Shown here piece by piece: positions 28,801-32,000 of a stretch of DNA of 32,000 bases. A program made the translations under genes and the position numbers. How positions within the stretch are numbered: position 1 is the stretch's first letter; each line of letters begins with the position of its first letter. The notes below the pieces were generated by a model, which made no database searches, had not been told where the DNA came from, and saw only the letters and a program-made list of their open reading frames with translations. This stretch comes from Nostoc punctiforme PCC 73102 (lineage in GTDB: Bacteria; Cyanobacteriota; Cyanobacteriia; Cyanobacteriales; Nostocaceae): NCBI RefSeq assembly GCF_000020025.1, contig NC_010628.1, positions 2,670,001 through 2,702,000 of the forward strand. Reading direction: 5' to 3'.

Positions 28801-31800
28801 GCTAGAGTCTTTACCTCTGACTCCCAACGGCAAGGTAGACCGTCGCGCATTGAGAGCGCCAGACTCTCGTGAGGGACTGGAAATAAGTTTTGTCGCCCCG
28901 CGCACTCCGATTGAAGAAATCCTGACGCAAATTTGGACACAAGCCCTGAAAGTAGACCAAGTAGGCATATATGATAACTTCTTTGAACTTGGGGGACACT
29001 CACTACTAGCAACGCAATTAGTTTCACGTATCCGCAACATTTTCAAAGTGGAACTACCATTGCGTGAGTTCTTTGCCAGAACAACAGTTGCCGAATTAGC
29101 GCGTTCGATTGAGCAATTGCAGCAACAAGACTTAGAATTGGTTTCCCCACCCATCTTACCAAGGGCAGAGAATGCAGAATTACCACTGTCTTATGCTCAA
29201 CAGCGTCTTTGGTTTTTAGACCAGTTCGAGCCAAACAGTGCCATATACAACATTCCTATGGCTTTGCGTCTAGTCGGAACACTTAATCAAGTTGCCTTAG
29301 AACAAAGCTTGTATGAAATCATTAATCGCCACGAAGCCTTACGCACCAACTTTGTGATAGTTGATGGAAAACCTTCTCAACTTATTCAAACACAAACGAA
29401 TTGGACAGTAACAGTAGTTGACTTGAAGCATTTATCAACACTTGTACTGAGCGAAGCCGTTGGCGTTCGCGTAGCGTCTCCGTTAGGAGAAGCCTCTGCC
29501 TCAGCAGAAGTAACTGAACAAGAAATTGCTACACAGCAATTAGCGCAACAACAAGCTAATCAACCGTTTGACTTAGCAAACCAAGCATTAGTTAGGGCAA
29601 CATTAATTGTGCTGTCCGAGACAGAACACGTTTTGAGTGTATGTATGCACCATATTGTCTCTGATGCTTGGTCAATGGGTGTGTTTATCCAAGAACTAGC
29701 AGCACTGTACAACGCTTACTCTCAAGGTGAGCCGTCACCTTTAACACCACTGTCGATTCAGTACGCAGATTTTGCCATTTGGCAAAGAAATTGGTTGCAA
29801 GGAGAGGTACTGCAAACTCAAATCTCGTACTGGCAACAGCAACTAAAAGCTGCACCAGCCTTGTTGTCCCTACCAACAGATAGACCCAGAGGATCTGTGC
29901 AGACTTTCGCTGGTGGACATCAAGAGTTTGCACTCTCAGTTGAGTTAAGCAATAAGCTGACAAAACTGAGCCAGGAGCAAGGGGTTACTTTATTCATGAC
30001 GTTGTTGGCAGCGTTTGATACGCTACTTTACCGCTACACAGGTACGGAAGATATTTTGGTGGGTTCGCCAATTGCAAACCGTAATCGTAATGAAATTGAA
30101 GGGTTAATTGGCTTTTTTGTCAATACTTTAGTGTTACGTACTGACTTATCAGGCAACCCCAGCTTTAGCGAATTACTTGGTCGCGTTCGATTAATGGCAA
30201 TAGATGCTTATGCTCATCAGGACTTACCTTTTGAAATGCTAGTAGAAGTATTGCAGCCAGAACGGGATCTCAGTCATACACCACTTTTTCAAGTCATGTT
30301 TGCCCTCCAGAATGTGCCTATGTCTGAGATAGAGCTTGCTGACTTAACTATCAGTTCTTTGCCAGTAGAAAGCGCAACTGCCAAGTTTGATTTGTTTTTA
30401 TCAATACAGAACACTGGTACTTCTGCTGAGGCAGAGGCTTCTCCTAACGGAGACGCTACGCGAACGCCAACGACTACGCTCAGTACAAGTAATGGACTGG
30501 TGGGTGTATGGGAATATAACACTGACTTATTTGATGCCAGCACAATTGAACGGATGACTGGACATTTTATGACATTGCTCTCTGGAATTGTTGCTAACCC
30601 AGAGGAGCGGATTTCGCAATTGCCTTTGCTGTCACAGACAGAGCAACAGCAGTTATTAGTTGAATGGAACAATACTCTGACGGATTATCCCCGTGATAAA
30701 TCTATCCATCAGTTGTTTGAGGAACAAGTAGAGCGTACACCCAATGCAGTGGCGGTGGAGTTTGTAGACGAGCGCAGCGAGGCTTCTCGGAGAGTAAATC
30801 AACAACTGACTTACCACCAATTAAACTGCCGTGCTAACCAGTTGGCGCACTACCTGAAGTCTTTGGGAGTATCCGCAGATGTGCTGGTAGGCATTTGTGT
30901 AGAGCGATCGCTAGAGATGGTAGTAGGACTACTTGGCATTCTCAAAGCTGGTGGGGCTTATGTGCCACTCGATCCAAACTACCCTCAAGAGCGTTTGGCT
31001 GTCATGTTAGAAGATGCTCAAGTTTCAGTGTTGTTAACCCAACATTCACTCCTCAACAGATTACCTCAGCATCAAGCTCACCTTGTCTTTTTGGATACTG
31101 ACTGGCAACTGATTTCTCAGTCTAGTCAGGATAATCTCATCTCTGATGTGCAAGCAACTAATTTGGCTTATGTAATTTATACCTCTGGTTCTACAGGTAA
31201 GCCTAAAGGTGTAGCCTTGAATCAGCTTGCTCTTTGCAATTTGATTCTGTGGCAACTGCAAAATAATACAATTTCCACTGGAGCAAAAACGCTGCAATTT
31301 GCTCCTATTAGCTTTGATGTCTCCTTCCAAGAAATGTTTTCTACCTGGTTTTCGGGAGGCACATTGTTCTTAATTACGGAGGAATTGCGCCGAGATACCT
31401 CAGCTTTGTTAGGTTTTCTCCAAGAAAAAGCTGTTGAGAGACTGTTTGTTCCCTTTGTTGCCTTACAGCAACTAGCTGAAGTCGCTGTTGGTAGTGAATT
31501 AGTTAATAGTCATCTGCGGGAAATCATTACTGCTGGGGAACAGTTGCAAATTACTCCCGCGATTTCTCAATGGTTAAGCAAACTAACCGATTGTACTTTG
31601 CACAATCATTACGGGCCATCGGAAAGCCATGTAATTATCACTTTTACTCTGAATAACTCAGTAGAGACTTGGCCGCTACTGCCTCCTATTGGCCGTCCCA
31701 TTGCTAACACGCAAATTTACATCCTGGATCAGTACCTACAGCCTGTACCCGTCGGTGTAGCAGGAGAATTGCACATTGGTGGTGTCTCTTTGGCGCAAGG

Positions 31801-32000
31801 CTACCTCAACCGACCAGAGTTAACACTTGAGAAATTCATCTCCAACCCCTTTAGCACTGACGGGCATTCACGCCTCTACAAAACAGGGGATTTAGCCCGC
31901 TATTTACCAGATGGCAACATTGAATACCTGGGACGTATTGACAATCAGGTTAAGGTGCGAGGCTTCCGCATTGAATTGGGAGAAGTTGAAGCAGTACTGA
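25847..32000 (+). CDS. nosD: Non-ribosomal peptide synthetase, 3'-truncated at the window edge: C-A-T-C-A(partial); NosD-like
   Basis: Not in the supplied ORF track because there is no stop in the window. I translated frame 2 by hand from ATG 25847 (MMIEELPLSYAQQRLWFLDQLEPNS...). The checked stretches all lie in frame 2: 27662-28140 (..LANLIYTSGSTGKPKGV..FNAYGPTEASVCAT..), 31141-31680, and the last codons at 31961-31999 (GFRIELGEVEAVL). No frame-2 ORF break is listed. An AAGGAG sits 6 nt upstream of the ATG. Symbol confidence is about 0.6. Confidence 0.9.
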   Translation, partial: MMIEELPLSYAQQRLWFLDQLEPNSAIYNILLALRLEGNLNRAALEQSFQEIIDRHEALRTNFITVDGKPSQIIQTQINWTISVVECEHLPPSEQEIATQQFVQQQAIQPFDLAEGALIRATLIVLSKTEHILLLCMHHIVSDAWSLGVFVQELAALYNAYSQGEPSPLIPLPIQYADFGIWQREWLQGELLQNQISYWQQQLKDAPALLSLPTDRPRPAVQTFAGAIQEFALSVELSNQLTQLSQKQGVTLFMTLLAAFDTLLYRYTGQLDILVGSAIANREHSEIEGLIGFFVNTLVLRTDLSGNPSFSELLSRVRQVALGAYSHQELPFEMLVEALQPERNLSHPPLFQVMFVLQNTPMSGVELAGLTISSLPPQNTIAKFDLTLSMHNSVTGLVGIWEYNTDLFDASTIERMAKHFVTLLSGIVANPEERISQLPLLSHTEQQQLLVEWNNTQADYPVDKCIHQLFEEQSVSTPDAVAVVFENQQLTYHQLNSCANQLAHYLKSLGIKSDTLVGICVERSIEMVVGLLGILKAGGAYVPLDPEYPTERLAFMLEDAEVSILLTQQRLIDRLPEHQAKFICLDEAWEQIAQNNQDNPTSEVKAFHLANLIYTSGSTGKPKGVMVEHKGLCNLAQAQIQTFGLTSDSRVLQFASFSFDASISEILMALGSGARLYLGTKDSLLPGKPLIEQLSDRSITHITLPPSALAVMPGSELPALQTIIVAGEASSSELIRQWSAGRNFFNAYGPTEASVCATIAKCTEDDNKISIGKAIANVQVYILDEYLQPVPIGVPGELHIGGLGLARGYLNRPELTKEKFIPNPFARSREAGEQGSRGAEILLNSQFPVPSPQSPIPNPRLYKTGDLARYLPNGNIEYLGRIDNQVKIRGFRIELGEIEELLNQHSDVQTACVIAREDHPGDTCTERLVPSISTSLDRTGAEVSRSKRLVAYVVGHKQHSPTINQLRSFLSSQLPQYMIPHAFVMLESLPLTPNGKVDRRALRAPDSREGLEISFVAPRTPIEEILTQIWTQALKVDQVGIYDNFFELGGHSLLATQLVSRIRNIFKVELPLREFFARTTVAELARSIEQLQQQDLELVSPPILPRAENAELPLSYAQQRLWFLDQFEPNSAIYNIPMALRLVGTLNQVALEQSLYEIINRHEALRTNFVIVDGKPSQLIQTQTNWTVTVVDLKHLSTLVLSEAVGVRVASPLGEASASAEVTEQEIATQQLAQQQANQPFDLANQALVRATLIVLSETEHVLSVCMHHIVSDAWSMGVFIQELAALYNAYSQGEPSPLTPLSIQYADFAIWQRNWLQGEVLQTQISYWQQQLKAAPALLSLPTDRPRGSVQTFAGGHQEFALSVELSNKLTKLSQEQGVTLFMTLLAAFDTLLYRYTGTEDILVGSPIANRNRNEIEGLIGFFVNTLVLRTDLSGNPSFSELLGRVRLMAIDAYAHQDLPFEMLVEVLQPERDLSHTPLFQVMFALQNVPMSEIELADLTISSLPVESATAKFDLFLSIQNTGTSAEAEASPNGDATRTPTTTLSTSNGLVGVWEYNTDLFDASTIERMTGHFMTLLSGIVANPEERISQLPLLSQTEQQQLLVEWNNTLTDYPRDKSIHQLFEEQVERTPNAVAVEFVDERSEASRRVNQQLTYHQLNCRANQLAHYLKSLGVSADVLVGICVERSLEMVVGLLGILKAGGAYVPLDPNYPQERLAVMLEDAQVSVLLTQHSLLNRLPQHQAHLVFLDTDWQLISQSSQDNLISDVQATNLAYVIYTSGSTGKPKGVALNQLALCNLILWQLQNNTISTGAKTLQFAPISFDVSFQEMFSTWFSGGTLFLITEELRRDTSALLGFLQEKAVERLFVPFVALQQLAEVAVGSELVNSHLREIITAGEQLQITPAISQWLSKLTDCTLHNHYGPSESHVIITFTLNNSVETWPLLPPIGRPIANTQIYILDQYLQPVPVGVAGELHIGGVSLAQGYLNRPELTLEKFISNPFSTDGHSRLYKTGDLARYLPDGNIEYLGRIDNQVKVRGFRIELGEVEAVL
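28322..28426 (+). repeat. 105-nt insertion: five tandem octamers (28326-28365) plus six tandem STRR-type heptamers (28383-28424), translated in the Tyr A-domain loop
   Basis: The octamers are gaagcagg gaagcagg ggagcagg ggagcaga ggagcaga. The heptamers are aattccc agtcccc agtcccc aatcccc aatcccc aatcccc. The protein reads FIPNPF-ARSREAGEQGSRGAEILLNSQFPVPSPQSPIPNPR-LYKTGD. Confidence 0.9.
28613..28684 (+). repeat. 72-nt three-level nested repeat, in frame
   Basis: It has the same architecture and host site as 17169-17240, with 2 differences (gactCgtgcc, gatCgaacc). It encodes TCTERLVPSISTSLDRTGAEVSRS. Confidence 0.9.
29440..29511 (+). repeat. 72-nt nested repeat (second lineage), identical to 18068-18139
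   Basis: It is embedded in a 135-nt run (29392-29526) that is identical base for base to 18020-18154. Confidence 0.9.
30419..30490 (-). repeat. 72-nt nested repeat (second lineage), reverse orientation, near the C-terminal end of a C domain
   Basis: It is the reverse complement of 29440-29511 with 2 mismatches. The protein reads QNTG-TSAEAEASPNGDATRTPTTTLSTS-NGLVGVWEY, against QNTATGLVGVWEY in paralogs. Confidence 0.9.
30764..30793. repeat. Roughly 30-nt in-frame insertion just upstream of the A1 core (LTYxQL)
   Basis: The protein reads AVAVEF-VDERSEASRRV-NQQLTY against AVAVVFENQQLTY in paralogs. The block contains gcgaggcttctc, related to the gcagaggcttctc segment of the second-lineage repeat. 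Confidence 0.6.

Larger units (their letters stand above)
25859..29120 (+). other. NRPS module C-A-T, predicted Tyr
   Basis: C domain: HHIVSDAWS at 26258-26284; note Ala in place of the usual Gly. A domain: about 27242-28855, with LANLIYTSGSTGKPKG at 27671-27718, FDASISE, ITHITLPPS, IIVAGEAS and NAYGPTEASVC. T domain: Ser codon 29000-29002. The code DASTIAAVCK is 9/10 to a canonical Tyr code (DASTVAAVCK). Confidence 0.75.
29177..32000 (+). other. NRPS module C-A (A truncated at the window end), predicted Pro
   Basis: C domain: HHIVSDAWS at 29648-29674. A domain: from about 30704, with LAYVIYTSGSTGKPKG at 31163-31210, FDVSFQE, ITAGEQL and NHYGPSESHVI. The code is DVQFIAHVI(K), Pro-type. The A10 Lys, the T domain and any TE lie beyond the window. 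Confidence 0.75.

Noticed and set aside
438-30490. The dispersed 24-72-nt repeats considered as a CRISPR array or degenerate array.
   Set aside because: Spacing is irregular, from hundreds to thousands of nt. Copies occur in both orientations and are nested within one another. All lie inside open reading frames whose flanks are paralogous protein-coding sequence. There is no leader and there are no cas genes.
1-32000. tRNA, rRNA or other RNA genes, transposase or integrase genes, and a thioesterase or loading module.
   Set aside because: Essentially every base is occupied by the four megasynthase ORFs. None of these features is visible in the window, and any TE or starter module must lie outside it.

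Overview
The whole window is one co-directional (+ strand) hybrid NRPS-PKS assembly line. The host looks like a Nostoc-type heterocystous cyanobacterium, based on 20 HIP1 GCGATCGC sites and STRR-type CCCCA[A/G]T heptamers. There are four tightly packed genes. (1) A 5'-truncated NRPS at 1-10374, organised (A)-T-C-A-T-C-A-T-C-A-T. (2) A minimal PKS at 10371-14147, organised KS-AT-[degenerate methyltransferase-lid-like spacer]-carrier. (3) A three-module NRPS at 14199-25850, organised dock-C-A-T-C-A-T-E-C-A-T. (4) A 3'-truncated NRPS at 25847->32000, organised C-A-T-C-A; it is missing from the ORF track only because it has no stop codon in the window. I extracted adenylation specificity codes by hand. 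They read (x)-Ser-Pro/MePro-Leu-[malonyl]-Leu-Gly(+E)-Asn-Tyr-Pro, which is colinear with nostopeptolide (nosA-D). The pathway family is therefore probably known rather than new. The unusual part is what has happened to these genes. At about 22 loci the reading frames carry in-frame insertions of short dispersed repeats. Most are 24-nt units nested inside one another as 24/48/72-nt blocks, in both orientations and translated in five different element-relative frames. There are also octamer and heptamer tandem arrays translated inside adenylation-domain loops, a perfect 18-nt tandem duplication at an A3 core motif, and long perfectly identical tracts between paralogous modules. Other points of interest are an intact epimerization domain in the Gly-predicted module, a methyltransferase remnant in the PKS, and a nosC/nosD boundary that looks like a split T-C linker. 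No RNA genes, CRISPR arrays, transposases or obvious promoters or terminators are visible. All domain boundaries are approximate and motif-anchored. No database search was possible.
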